Of a stretch of 64,000 nucleotides of DNA, positions 25,166-38,288 are shown piece after piece. Numbering within the stretch: the first letter of the stretch is position 1; the number at the start of each line of letters is the position of its first letter. Origin of the DNA: Nymphaea colorata (lineage: Eukaryota); NCBI RefSeq assembly GCF_008831285.2, contig NC_045138.2, positions 12,462,001-12,526,000 of the forward strand. The letters are read 5' to 3'. Position numbers and translations under genes: made by a program. The notes under the pieces were generated by a model that searched no databases, had not been told where the DNA came from, and saw only the letters and a program-made list of their open reading frames with translations.

Positions 25166-25305
25166 ATAATGAAAGACGAAACAACAGGTAGTAGGGTCTT
25201 TGAAATGGATCAATTAGTAGATTATGTCTCATGCACATACATTTAATGAAAAAGGAAACATAAACATGTTGATTATATCAAGGAAAAAAAAATAGATATT
25301 TCATC

Positions 25306-25702
25306 ATAGGTAGAGACACTATTGCCAATATAATAACTTATATAAGAAATGTTTACTTGGATAAAACGGAACTGTTCAGATACCATCCACTAATATTACC
25401 GAAAACATTGTTAAAGTACTTCTATGATAGGGTTTCATCGAAAATGTTAGGAAGCACCGGGAAAACAACAAAGATTTCTCGGCTTTAGGCATACCACATA
25501 GATGAAATAGGAAAAGAGCATATAGAAATATTTTAAGGTGTATCAGCAGACCAAGTTTGCAAATCTATTCCAACTCTCAATGAATTCCTAGGGTCTAAGG
25601 CAAGATAGGGGTTGTAATTCTTTCTGCTTCCAGGGGTATAATGACATATCAAGAAGCTCGACTAGAAGGGTTGGAGGAGAAATTTTGTTTTATATATGGT
25701 AA
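25306..25702 (+). pseudogene. rps8: Plastid-derived rps8 pseudogene
   Basis: (ATA)GGTAGAGACACTATTGCC start region; ends GGAGAAATTTTGTTTTATATATGGTAA (GEILFYIW*). Confidence 0.9.
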
Positions 25703-25823
25703 GGTGATCCATCTGGTATATGAATTTGACACATAACTTCCTATTTATGAAAAAGAGAGTAGAGGTGGGTTGTCTAATGCCACTCCTCCTCCGTTAGTTA
25801 ATACTTCAAGGAGGTTACCTAAA

Positions 25824-26057
25824 ATGAAAGAACAAAAATTGATCCATGAAGGCTTAATTACTGAATCACTGCCCAATAGCATGCTTTGGATTCACTTAGA
25901 TAACAAAGACTTAGTTATAGGTTATGTTTTAGGGTGGAGATAACATAGTTTTATAGAAATACTACCATGAGATAGAGTAAAAATAGAAGTCAGCCGTTAT
26001 GATTCAACAAGAGGACGTATAATTTATAGACTTCATGATAAAGATTCAAACGATTAG
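25824..26057 (+). pseudogene. infA: Plastid-derived infA pseudogene
   Basis: [21 protein letters not shown]...DRVKIEVSRYDSTRGRIIYRLHDKDSND*, with internal stops. Confidence 0.93.
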
Positions 26058-26173
26058 GTATTTCAATTTTCATGGACATAAATTTTGAGGCTGAAACACT
26101 AACTTAAGATGAATTAAAGAAAAGAGACTTATTTTCTTTCAAAGAGTAGATTTAGAATCAAGAAACAACAAAT

Positions 26174-26287
26174 ATGAAAATAAGAGCTTCTGTTCGTAAA
26201 ATTTGTGAAAAATGTCAACTGATCCATAGGTGAGGATGAATTATAGTAATTTGATATAATTTGAAACATATACAGAGATAGGGGTAA
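26174..26287 (+). pseudogene. rpl36: Plastid-derived rpl36 pseudogene
   Basis: MKIRASVRKICEKCQLIHR*G*IIVI. Confidence 0.93.
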
Positions 26288-26410
26288 TATTTATAAAAAA
26301 AAGAACTTCACTTTCTAAGAGACCTAATGTACAAATACATGATTTGTTTTTACATGAAATGGACATATCCACATATCTCTGACTCATATTTATGAGATGA
26401 TAAATAGAAT

Positions 26411-26823
26411 ATCACAAAACCTATACCAAGATTTGGTTCACGTAGAAATTGCCATGTTAGTTCACGTAAGAGTGGGTGTAGAACACCAATAGGAGTTATT
26501 CATGTTCAAGCAAGTTTCAACACTACTATTGTTACTGTTATAGACCTACAAGGTCAGGTCGTTTCTTGGTCTTCTGCGGCTATCTGTGGATTCAAGGGCA
26601 CAATAAGGGGTAACCCATTTACTTCTCAACCGCAGTAGGAAATGCTATTCATTTGATAGTAGACCAGGGTATGCAACTAGCAAAAGTCATATTAAAGCGT
26701 CCCGGTTACAAGAGAGATGCATCATTATAAGTGATTCGTGGAACTGGTATACTATCAAATTTTGTACGTGACATAACCCCTATGCAGCATAATGGATGCA
26801 GAATGAAAAAAAAAACATGTTTA
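26411..26823 (+). pseudogene. rps11: Plastid-derived rps11 pseudogene
   Basis: [37 protein letters not shown] and [14 protein letters not shown]. Start codon mutated to ATC. Confidence 0.92.
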
Positions 26824-26894
26824 AAAATAAAAATGGATTCTGATCCAAGAGAAATAAATAATTAAATAATCCGATCAAATAATATTATATTAGT

Positions 26895-27020
26895 ATGGTT
26901 CGAGAGGAAGTGTTTTGAATCAAGAGCAGACATCAAACACATTTATTGTGGTTATTTTATTTTATCCCTACTTATGAAGGGTCAAGCCGATACAGTCTAT
27001 ATTGTGATCCCAAGGGATTT
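26895..27020 (+). pseudogene. rpoA: Plastid-derived rpoA, 5' fragment with an internal deletion
   Basis: ATGGTTCGAGAGGAAG after rps11, followed by ...[14 protein letters not shown]. Confidence 0.8.
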
Positions 27021-27531
27021 ATGTAAAATTATTGAGTAGTCCACTTCATTTTGAATGATGAATCCCCTTAAAGAATAATATTGAAGCTCATAAAGGATTT
27101 AAATCTGTAAGTCCACCCTGACACTAGAGACATCTCAGTGGGAGACTGAGAGGCTGCAGAGAGAATCTACAACTATATCCCCAAGCAACAGTCAAATGGA
27201 AGCGTGAATGTGAGAAGCCGGTGGAAAAGGGCAGCACTGCTGTAGGGCGTGAAGACTGGAGCTAAGTAGGTATAAAAGACTAATTTTTGAAGATAGATGT
27301 CTTCAATGCAGTTCTCATAAATCCAAAAGTGGCATTGATTGCGGTCTTTCTCTACCTCTGCATCTGCATCTCTAAGAAGAGCTTTGCATCAGAAGGATAG
27401 TCAATGGATGGGTCTAAGAAAGGAGCGGTCATGTACAACTCAAAGACGATTATGTCGTGTTCTTCCTTGAAGCATATATGCAATGGATAGACTCCTGTAA
27501 CTGTGCCATCATATTTCATTTCTAATTGCAT

Positions 27532-27532
<1 letters not shown>

Positions 27533-27572
<40 letters not shown>
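27533..27572. repeat. (CA)n microsatellite
   Basis: Directly visible. Confidence 0.95.
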
Positions 27573-27578
<6 letters not shown>

Positions 27579-27579
27579 T

Positions 27580-28315
27580 ATAAATTTAGATATCTAAAAG
27601 GAATCTAATGGCTAGTTCCACTAAAGAACATGAAAAGAATTTTCACAAGGTACAACTAGCAATTCCCTATTACTCTCTTAGGGAGTGAACCATGGATTAA
27701 TTCCTCTTTCACTTGGAGGTATTGAATATACACTTACCTAAAATTCTATGCCTTATGTTATTCTTACCAATAGACATGTCAGAGCTAGAGGTATGCCAAT
27801 CAGATTAAATGGGATAACAATTTTTTCACTCTAAATATATAAAATCGTAATTTCGATCAAATCACACCGCAGTATTCCAAGCCTTCTAATTCCTTAAGAG
27901 GTTTATTTGAAAGATTCACGGTATAACTAGGAAGACGTTTCAAATACCACACATGAGTCACCGGGCATGCTAGTTTGATGCATCCCATTTGATATCTTCG
28001 GATTTGAAAATCAACAAATTCCACTCCGCCTTGTTCACAAAATTTTGGTTCTTCTTTTTCACCCCCGATCACTCGATAATTTCCACAAGCACAAATTCCA
28101 CTTTTTGTAGGACTAAAATTCTTTCAATAAACAACCTATCTTTTTCTGGTTTATTGGTTTTGTAATGAAAGATATATGGTTTTGTCACCTCTCCAACTAT
28201 CTCTGCATTTGGTAGGATTTTTTTGGCCCAAACGTATTTGTTTAGGAGAAACTAATCTAGTTTGAAGTTGTTGATATTTATACTAATTGATAATAGAAGA
28301 AAAATTCTGATTCAT
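27580..28315 (-). pseudogene. rpoC1: Plastid-derived rpoC1 exon 1 (about 27868-28315) and 5' part of its intron
   Basis: Start [62 protein letters not shown]. Intron start GTGTGATTTGATCG. Confidence 0.93.
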
Positions 28316-28320
28316 TCCGA

Positions 28321-28775
28321 TCAAACTTCCTTCGTATTAATTTGGAAGTTTCTTAGATGCAAGGAAATGATTCAGTTCCAGAAATAAAGATCAAAGTTCA
28401 CGAACGAGCAATCAAAAGGATTCCGGTGCACTCTCAGGATTAGGTATTGTTCTTCCAACAATTGTGGTATCAAGTACTTACTAACGAGCTCTAGTATGAT
28501 TGGATGTATACGTGAGCATCTCTTATAAAATATGAGCAACACCAAATCCCTCTAGAGACCAAGCTTCCATTTCTCCTACTCATTTCCACCTTGCTTCGCC
28601 ATTCTCCTGAAGGGTTGTTGTGTAACAAGTGTATAATGACCACTGGAATGTCCGTGGATTTTATCATCAACTTAATGAAATAATTTTAACATATAGGACT
28701 TTCCTATTACAGTAGGTTGTTTAAAAGGATCTCCTATTCTTTCATCGAATATTCTGCTCTTTCTAGAATACTCAC
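28321..28775 (-). pseudogene. rpoB: Plastid-derived rpoB, 3' fragment
   Basis: [39 protein letters not shown] and APESF.LLVREL; directly upstream of rpoC1. Confidence 0.92.
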
Positions 28776-30361
28776 AAAGGAATTGTACGACGGGCACCAT
28801 AGGTGAAAACAAAAGCATGGACTTCTATGGATCTCTAGAGACCCTCCAAGTGGTGAGAAAACATAGTCACTCAATCTGCATTCTCCCCATTTAAGGGGCC
28901 ATTGCAAGTCTACAACAGCCATGCTTTAGTTTTCATCATCCACATGGTGCTTCTCCTCTATCACTAAATGTTTTCTTGACAATTGGAGAGCAAAACCTTC
29001 ATCGTCTTCTCAATTTTTTTTAACTTCCGTATGATAAGCTCTAGCTTCAAGAGATAGGGATTAAGAGATTATATAGTATAGCCCCATCATATGGAAATGC
29101 AAACTCGTTAAGACGTTCTCACGTTTAGACAGACCATAAATAGGAGATGTTTTTGTGAATGATTGTACCCATGAACAATGGAGATGATAGTTTGTCTTTC
29201 CTATAAACAATTTTCTCATGAATGATGAATCCAATACTTTGTGGAGGGGCCCCCAATTCACTAATTCATCAAATAGATCAGTAAAGTAGACAAGGGATAC
29301 TGGTTCACAATATCAGTAAAGTAGACAAGGGATACCAACTTGACTCAACACATCAATCAGACATACTATTGAACTGATGGTGCTTTAGTTGCGAGATCGT
29401 GTGTATGCCCAAGCACTCTGCTGATTCGACACTAATTAGACAAATAAAAATATTGATGAGGAGGGGCCTAGTCCATGGATTTTGCAAATAGATTAGTAGA
29501 GTAGGCAAGAGATATCATTTGAGTTGTCCAAGGTACCAGTCTAATTGCGACACTCAGCGAACCACTTAGGTATATCATCAAACCAATGGTTCCTTAGATG
29601 TCACATAGAGTGTATACCCAAGCACACCATATCATAGATCTAAGTTCAATTTCCTTTTGTTTAGTTCAATGCAACTGTACATGATGATATTAATGTGAAG
29701 GGGCCAATCCTTGGATCCATCAGATAAACTGGTGAAGTAGACAAGGGATATTGGTTTGGATTGAATAGAAACCTATTTCATTGCAAGTCTTAGTGAATGG
29801 ATCAGATCTAACATCAGACCTATGGTGCTTAGATGCTAGATAAGGTGTACACCCAAACACATACAAGATATAATAGTTTTATTTTCTTTTTCATTAGATT
29901 AATTCAATTGATTGTAGTGCTCATTATTTAATATGATATAGTGAGAATATCAGTGGGCTAGTAGCAGCAAGCAAATCAACAAACGTATCTATTGGTTGTT
30001 CTATAAAGATGCTAGGGAGATTTGTGGGAAATGAAGATACTAGACTATCGAGTGGGCAACAAAGATATGGGGCAATCTAGCTTAGAGAAAAAGAATAGCA
30101 AAGCAAATAAAGAATGGCCATGAAAAATGAATGGTCAGAGGATCCGCAACATGGAATGAGGAATGGACATGTTGGACAAATATAGGTCGGATGACAACAA
30201 CAACAGACTAACAATGAACAGGATAAGAATGGAGTACAAGAGCTAGTAATTGAGCAATGTTAAATATAAAAAAGGTTATAATGCCCAAAAATAGGTGGAT
30301 AAAAGGCAATGAATTGGAAAAATGGAACAAGAGCATCAACATAAAAAAAAAATTTTGGCCA

Positions 30362-33300
30362 TGTCATGGGGATCAGTATGTGTGAAGCTATGGTCCTACC
30401 TTAGGAGCGAGTGTACGATACATGACTTAAAAACAAAGAATTCATGAATAAAGTAACATGGACAAGGAGAAGGAAAAGAACTTGCAATGAGTTTTCTTAT
30501 TCACTAAAAAAAAGTACATTCCAGGTGAAGTAAAGGATATAAAAACTTGATTTTACTTACATAGGTGTCTAAGGCTCATACAAGAGTTTACTTGCTGAAC
30601 ACTTAAAGCAAGGAATTCCAAAATATGACATTTGACTAGTAAGAGGGTACTCCCTTACAAGTGAACAAACATACATGAGTGGATACCAGATACATGAAGA
30701 GTCCTATATAGACACAAACACAAGAAAACAAGTTATCCCCTTTAAATCATGTGTTGCCCTTGACAACAACCGCTTCATGGTAGGCACTATTTTTTTTTTC
30801 TCATAGCATTGCCTCATTTTGGATGCGAACTCACACTTCAGCTCCTCTTGGATATCAATGGTTGTTGGCTTATGAATATTTTAAGCAAACTATGCCATGG
30901 GGGCTTGCTTTTCTACCAGTTGTAGCAGAACTATGCCACATCAAGAAGCTTCACCTTTTTTGGTTTGTGTAGACAAAGTGTCGTGGGCATTGCTCTAACA
31001 ACGCATTGATGTACTTCATTTTGCCATGAGTCTGCAGATAAAAACTTATGGAGAACAACAAGTTTGAGTGGAATAATCGAAATATTTCACACCATATTTT
31101 TTTTCATGAAGCGGGCATCACAATTGCTCGTGATTTTCTTTGAAACTTTTATGCACTTTACAATGTTCTTCACAAATAGCTATGCTATTTCTTTTGTGGG
31201 ACATTCCTTTGAAGCTGAGATGAATTGTGGCTTGCTTGGAGCTACTAAATATGAAGCTGAAGTTATTTACCTTCGAGAGATTAATAATGAAGTCCATGGA
31301 GAGACTTTCCTATAGACACTTGAACACTGGAAAATGTTCTATAAGGCTAGTAGTCCTTTGGTCGGTTCTATTATATTGCTGACAAATGAGGTATTTCTCC
31401 ACATAAACCTTGACATGATCTTGTGTTTGGAGCTAATAGTAACCACAACCAAAGAGTGCTGAGGTCTGCTCTTTACTAGGGTGGCTCTGCTCAAAACATG
31501 TCAAGCACTCCTTCAAGAGCTTCACTGAAGATTCCACCCACCTTTATACAAACACACATCCACCTTTAATGAGAAGAAATCCATCCTTTAGTAAGAGCCT
31601 ATGAGCCTTCCCTATTTTTGCCAAGGCTGTTAAGTGTTCTACTATTGAATCTTATTGCATCCATTTACGAAAATGTTCAAGGAAAGCACCTTCAAAATGT
31701 ACTTCAAAGATTTCCGATTGAGAGGTCTCAAGCCATGCCTTTCGACTCAGAGTTTTGGCAACAATATTGGTCTTATCTGCTCCATACTAAAAAATGAATT
31801 CAAATTTTGTTAAGCATTACTGCCAACAGACTTGCTTTAGGGCCAGCTTCTTTTGGGTTTAAAAGTAGTTTGTTATCATTGTTTATCTTTGTGATGAACC
31901 AAGTTTCAAAGCAGGTAATGCCTCAACATGTAAAGGTAGTGCAAAGTAGTTGTCATCCCCCATACATGCACTATATAATGTCTTCTTATATCCTTCAACG
32001 TTTGGCTGTCATAGGTAATTGAATGGTCATTCTGTATCAATACTCTGTTGATGACAAATCAGATGCATTTATGAGGTCTAAAATGGTCAAACAACTTCCT
32101 ACACAAAGGCTATCTTCAATCATTCAAAAATATTGTGAGGGAATGAGTCTATGCCCAAGCCTTGTTGGTCTTGAGCAATCATTGAGGGGAGCAACAATCA
32201 AAGAATAGCCTTCAATGACTTGTTGACAATAGTTTGTTAAGTCAAAGAAGAACCATAATGTAGGGGCTGTAATTGATGGATTCCATTCCTGAATGGCTTT
32301 TGATTTTTTTTTACATCCATTCGTAGTCGATCATATCTAACAATGTGGTCGAGGAGACTAATCTTCTATTATCCAAAGAGACACATATTTTTTTACATAG
32401 ACATCATGATCCTTCAACACTTAGAATACCAAAAGTGACCACAATGGTTGTTCGCATTGCTTTTTAAGACCACTATATCAACATCATTGACTACCATGAA
32501 CTTGTATAGGTGCAACTGAAAAATTTGTTTACTGACATTGAGAAGATCATATGGGTGTTAGTTAACCAAAATCATAAGCTTTATACTATGTGACGCAAAT
32601 GGTTTTTGATTCATTATCTTCTATAATTCTGACTCACTAGTAGCTAGACTGAAGGTCCAACTTTGAGAAGATCCATGTGTTGTCCAATTGGTTAAACAAA
32701 TTTTCAATAAGTGACAAAGGATACTTGTTATTCAAGTCACTTTGTTCAATGCACAGTAATTAACAGAAAATCATTTTGAGACATTATGTTTCATTGGAAA
32801 CAACACAGAGGCTCCAAATGGTGCTTCAAAGAGATGCTAGCAGCCAATATATCATCGAGCAACCTCCATAGCACTTTTAACTTGTCTTCATCCTGTAAGG
32901 AACCCTGGTCAAGCGCTTCACTTTGAGGATCATTTCAATATGATGATTGACCTCATGGTTTGGCAACATATGATTTAATAGTTTAGGTGGCTGAACTCTT
33001 TCAACATAGGGGCTGTACTTGGTGGGACAACAATATGCTTGGGTTCTCCTTCAGCATGCATGACAATTGGAAATGTTTTTTCGTCATGTTGTACTCTTTT
33101 CTTTAGCTGCATGGCCAATAACATGGAAGGATGCTTTCCCCTAGCAGCATAACAATGCACCATGTGAGAGAGTTTTGAACCCATAAGTGTCAATGAGTTG
33201 AACTTCGGCAACAACATGGTCTCAAAGGAATTACATACCAATAATCACCTTGAGATGTTTACAGTGCCCACTCAACTCCCAATTGTCACATCCTTTGCCT

Positions 33301-35111
33301 CTCTGAGATGTTCATTGTCTTGAGGTTTCATTACTTTGGCTTAAGCTTCAAGTATAATCTCCCTATCTCCTTCCTCAAGACTAAGTTGTAGGTAGCCTCT
33401 AAATCTATCACATATGTTTTATTGAATCAGTTTGTTGTTCACCATCATTCTTTATAACATACGACTTTATACTGCATTGAATACCTAAACGACCCTCATT
33501 AGTAGCTGCATGTTTCCAGCCTCACCTTTATTAGCTCTTGCAAGATTGTCCTATCTGTCATCAACTACAAGGCACTTTAGATATTGTCAGGCCACATGGC
33601 TCTCTTCACATAATCAACAAAGCACTACTTTGGCATGTTTTTTGTTTTTGTTTCCCAAAAAAAGTTCATTCTCATACTGGTGCTTGCTTATCGAGCACAT
33701 TTATTGTCTAGCCGGATCTCTTTATTTTTCCATGGTCAAATTTCTTTAAAGATTTACAGGTGTAGTTTGTGTTGAGTACACACCAAACAATTTGCTACCA
33801 CACATACATTCTCCAAGATCTCCAGATTGTTTCTTTCCACTTCAAACTAGATCCAAAGTTGAAGTGACATAATAAATCAACATATTGTGTATGTTTATCA
33901 CGAGCTACTGCAACATCCTTACATACTCCTAAAATAGTCTAATATAATTCAACTCTACCACCATCTAATAAGCTTGCCTCAGTTCATTCTGGGGTATGAA
34001 ATAATTCTTCAATTCTTGTTTAAAGTTATCGAATGTATCATTCTTACAATTCATTTTTTCAATACCAAGCCTTTTGCATCTCCACAAAGCATCATCATCC
34101 TCTTTTAGCAACACAACTATAGTTTTGACCCAAAGGTAATATTCCACAACATTTTGAAGATCCATGTATTATTTCACGTGGATCAAAAAGTTATCAATCA
34201 TCCTGCTGCTCAGTTATTATTTTTATGGGTCTCTATATATCAACCTTTGATGATCAATCCTCATTTCTGCCACATACAAAAACACATCACTACAAAGTGT
34301 GGTTCTTTGCCTGAATTTCTGCAACATTAGCTTATAAAGTGGTCATTGCCATGGTCAATGTCACCACAAGTTCAACCATCTGTTCTCGCATGGTTTTCAT
34401 TTTGTCTCTCAATTCTTTGAATGAATCAGCTACATTGCCCAACACATCCTCATATGTAATTATGTGACAACTTGCTTGCTTACTAATTCAGCTAAGTCCA
34501 CCTGGTCACAGGATGAGCCCATATCATGAGGATAGACTATCCTCTTGCCCTTGGTGCTTTGCATATCATATTGAGTCTCCACTCCGTGATCACAATAAGT
34601 GGGCATGCTCCTATATACCAACTCTCAAATTGTTTTTCCAAATTGGTCAAAACCACACTGATACCAACTGTCATGGGCCGACTTTGCTTCTATCTACATG
34701 ATACAATGATCTTAATTTCCTCTACAAGCCTTCAGAGTGGATGTGTTGTAGACGTCTTGGAAAACAAAAAGAACATAAAAGAAGAAACGCACACAAAGAG
34801 AGGAGAATGAACTTGCATTGAGTTGTTTCATTAACTTTAGAACAATAACCATAACAAGCGAAGTAAGCAATGAGATAGAAACTTGACTTTATTTATATAG
34901 GGCGCTCAAAATCTCATACAATAGCTTCCTTGCTAGACACCTAAGGAAAGAGATATCAAAATATGATACTTGACAGGTGGGAGGGTACTGCTTTCCAAGT
35001 GAACAAACATACACCAATGGACACTAGATAGAAGAAAAATCTATACAAACACAGGAATAAGCCATATGTTGGTTATTTTTTCATTAAATACAAGCTATGT
35101 AGTCCACAACA
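30362..35111 (-). mobile_element. Highly decayed Ty3/gypsy LTR retrotransposon; LTRs about 30362-30765 and 34669-35111
   Basis: Both LTRs begin TGTCATGGG and share AACTTGCA.TGAGTT, GAGGGTACT and CAAGTGAACAAACATAC. PBS complement CTGATACCA at 34658-34666. Gag remnant (DTFDNFKQELKNYFIPQNE), then protease, RT (PFGASVLF, NKYP), RNaseH and integrase remnants in gypsy order. No TSD found. Confidence 0.85.
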
Positions 35112-36256
35112 TTAAATTGATGGAAAGTATGCTTAAAGTTTTACTCCAGTCCGTACTTGCAGCTCATGCTTTTGCCTCAACATTTGCCTTCGTAAGGCTC
35201 CTTCTCCTGCAATCAATATCTCTCTTCATTCTATTTGATCACAAGGTCAGCAAGAGGTTTTAACATGTTACTCTTAGGTCTAGGGTCAGTAAACATGCCA
35301 TAGATTACTTGAAAATCACTAATAGATGTACTCTTGGGGTCTCATGCCTATTAATAAATTAATTGAATCAAATCCAAGAATGACAAATTCAAGCTAGGAG
35401 CCAGCACAAGAAAGTTTCATACCAAGATCTACCAAAGTCAGCCAGAAGTCAAACTCAGCCACAACCAACCATAAGAACCAGCCCAAACCAAAGGTTTTGT
35501 AGGTCTAACAAGTCAAGCCCTAAACGGTAACCCTCAAAGTTTTTAATCTTGCAAAAACTCTGTCGCATACAGGATGTTCACAAGCTGAGGTCAAGCCAAG
35601 CTAAGCCTGCTCAGTCTTGACTTCACTAGTTCAGGTTCAAATTGGACAAGCCAAGCTTGCCTGAGCTGAGTCTTTTTTTTTTCTTCATTTGTAGATTAGA
35701 AAAAAAAAGAAACATTGATCATGCCAATGGAGTTCAAAACAATAAACCATTTTATATATACACACACACACACATTCAAGGACATCAAATCTGGGTTGTT
35801 CGTTTTTAAATGGACGACCCAAAACAACTCCTCTCTTCCTCCCTTTCCCTGTGCATTTCCTCCCTTCCCTCCATTCTCTCTCCCTCTCCCCACTCTCTCT
35901 CTACCACTCATCTCTTCTTCACAGAATATCCGCCGGCTCCCCCCCTTGCTGTTGTCGGCAGGCCAGGCGGCATCACCTGACTAGGCTGCTGGTGACAGTA
36001 GGGGGGACTCCCCCCTGCCTCTACCTTTTGTGGGTAGAAGGAAATGTAAAGTCACCTAGCCATCTAATCAAGGCCGTCCATGTCAAGCAAATGAATTGTT
36101 GAAAGAAAAACAAGGAAAAAAAGTGTAAATTAATCTTAGATGAAAAAAATGTTCACCACTTTTTTCTTTTTCTTTTTTCTCTTAACCGTCCATCAGGTTA
36201 AATCGAACGGTGCCTATTAAATGGCGGTGTGACTTTAAAAAGCTAAAGTCATCATT

Positions 36257-36537
<281 letters not shown>

Positions 36538-37111
36538 CTCAAGCTCAATCTCGTTCTTCGACTAGTTCAAAAGCAAGTTGATCTGTCATTTTCTTAGCAA
36601 CAAAATTTTTGGACATTAATATATAGTATTATCAAAAATCGATGCTTGAATTGAATAGAGCACCTAGTTGAGATCGGTGAATCAATTGGAAACAGAAAGT
36701 AGTATTCTATACAGTTTAGCATAAGGCAAAAAAATTAAGCTAGGAAAATTTTGAAATTTTATATAAATAATAAAAAGTGAATAGTAAATCGCATAGCACT
36801 ACATACGTTGCCCAGGGAATCAAACAGATTTTGACACCAATCTGATTCGGCTAATTTTGACAACAATGGCAGTCAGGCCACCTTTAGGCCTCACGGGACA
36901 CTCATAATCCGAAACAGCAGAATCTAGCAAGCGTTCGATCCATCCATAAACAAGCACAGATATAATAACCAATGCTTATGAAGGCTAAATTAGCTCAAAA
37001 TTTCTCATAGGCAATATACAAGAATTTTCTCCACTGGAATAATTCCAAAAACAAGAAGAGCCTGTTGTTCTACTCAATCGTATTTGACATTCTCCTTTTT
37101 GAAGTCATTTC

Positions 37112-37234
37112 CTATGGGCTGCTTAGCAGGGAATTGATTTCTCCAATGATATTGACAGGCCTTCCATCAAAGATTGCAGACAAAGTTGCTTCACACAACT
37201 TCTTAAGTTCCCTTGTTTTCTGTAATGCGGCTTC
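37112..37234 (-). CDS. C53: CDK5RAP3-like protein C53, exon 10 (last)
   Basis: ttccag|[40 protein letters not shown], with the conserved GRPVNI.GEIN C-terminus. Confidence 0.95.
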   Translation of the reverse strand, partial: EAALQKTRELKKLCEATLSAIFDGRPVNIIGEINSLLSSP

Positions 37235-37518
37235 CTGGAACATAAGAACGTCTCAAGCAACTGATTAAGCACATAAAATAAATGAAACAAAAAAGGAGAA
37301 ATTTAGGTGGCATTCATGTATCATGGAAGTGGCTCACTTGGGGAAACCAATAACAGCAAAAGAGTTAAACCATCAAGACCACATGAGGGTTTTCTGTAGA
37401 GGAACTACTAATTGTATACTTTGTTTAGCAACTTCATTTAATATCAAAAGGGGAAAAAATGATGCCCTTAATATCAAAAAGGAAGAATCCAAGGCACCAG
37501 AAAGTCATTTAAGATCAC

Positions 37519-37651
37519 CTGTCTAGGCCAGGATGAAGTCAATGAATTTTGAAGTTCCAAACGCCTTACTAGCAGATTTTTCAAGCTTTCTTTCAGTTTT
37601 GCCTCATGGTGTTTTTTCTCCTCAAGTGTGGACGCCAGTCTGTCCAAGAAC
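37519..37651 (-). CDS. C53: C53 exon 9
   Basis: FLDRLASTLEEKKHHEAKLKESLKNLLVRRLELQNSLTSSWPRQ; AG/GT bounded, phase consistent. Confidence 0.95.
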
Positions 37652-38079
37652 CTATTTCCACCAAAACAGCACAGAAGCATACAAGAGTTACCACAGAAAC
37701 AAAAAAGGCATAAAAGATGTCTTTAAATTTCTGGTACCCAAGCTACCCCGTGCAACTTATGCATCAGAAGCCAGAAAAAAACATTACATTTGGAATTAAT
37801 CATTAAAGAAACATTCTAGAGTACAATAGAAAAGGTATTTTCACGGTACTTGTGACTAAAAAACTGTAACGAACACAGTCAGCATTGTAGTGTTAAGTGA
37901 CCTAAAAAGCAACCAACTACTCAGAAGAGAAAGAGGGCAAAAGCACATTACACCAGTAAGTGTTAAACTGGAGACTGCTATCATGACAAAAGAAAGCAGC
38001 ATTAGGTAGCCAAGATTTTCCTTTCCATTCAATCAAAAAATCAAATACAAATATTTAGTTTTGAATGAACAGGAATGAC

Positions 38080-38288
38080 CTTTTGGAGTTCAAAAGCATT
38101 ATTAGATCACGTGCCTTCCTGTTGGAAAGCAGAAAGATTGCTGAGGAGAGATCGGATATCATAAACTGAATAGCATCAGAAGGGTACTGCTGCAGCACCA
38201 AAGGAGCAACTGCCTGAACCTGATTCTGTAGGGAAGCTGTCTCCTCATTTCCCATTTCCATAAGTCGTTGTGTAAGAAAAGATTTGAT
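38080..38288 (-). CDS. C53: C53 exon 8
   Basis: IKSFLTQRLMEMGNEETASLQNQVQAVAPLVLQQYPSDAI...RKARDLIMLLNSKR; AG/GT bounded. Confidence 0.95.

Larger units (their letters stand above)
5490..28775. other. Nuclear plastid DNA insertion (NUPT), mosaic and decayed; boundaries approximate
   Basis: Recognisable plastid genes with their group II introns and spacers, in plastome-collinear blocks. Most carry stops or frameshifts, and nuclear transposons interrupt them. Confidence 0.97.

Noticed and set aside
5563..28775. Genuine plastome or an assembly contaminant
   Set aside because: Pervasive stops and frameshifts, nuclear TE insertions (one with a TSD) and rearranged blocks indicate an old nuclear copy.
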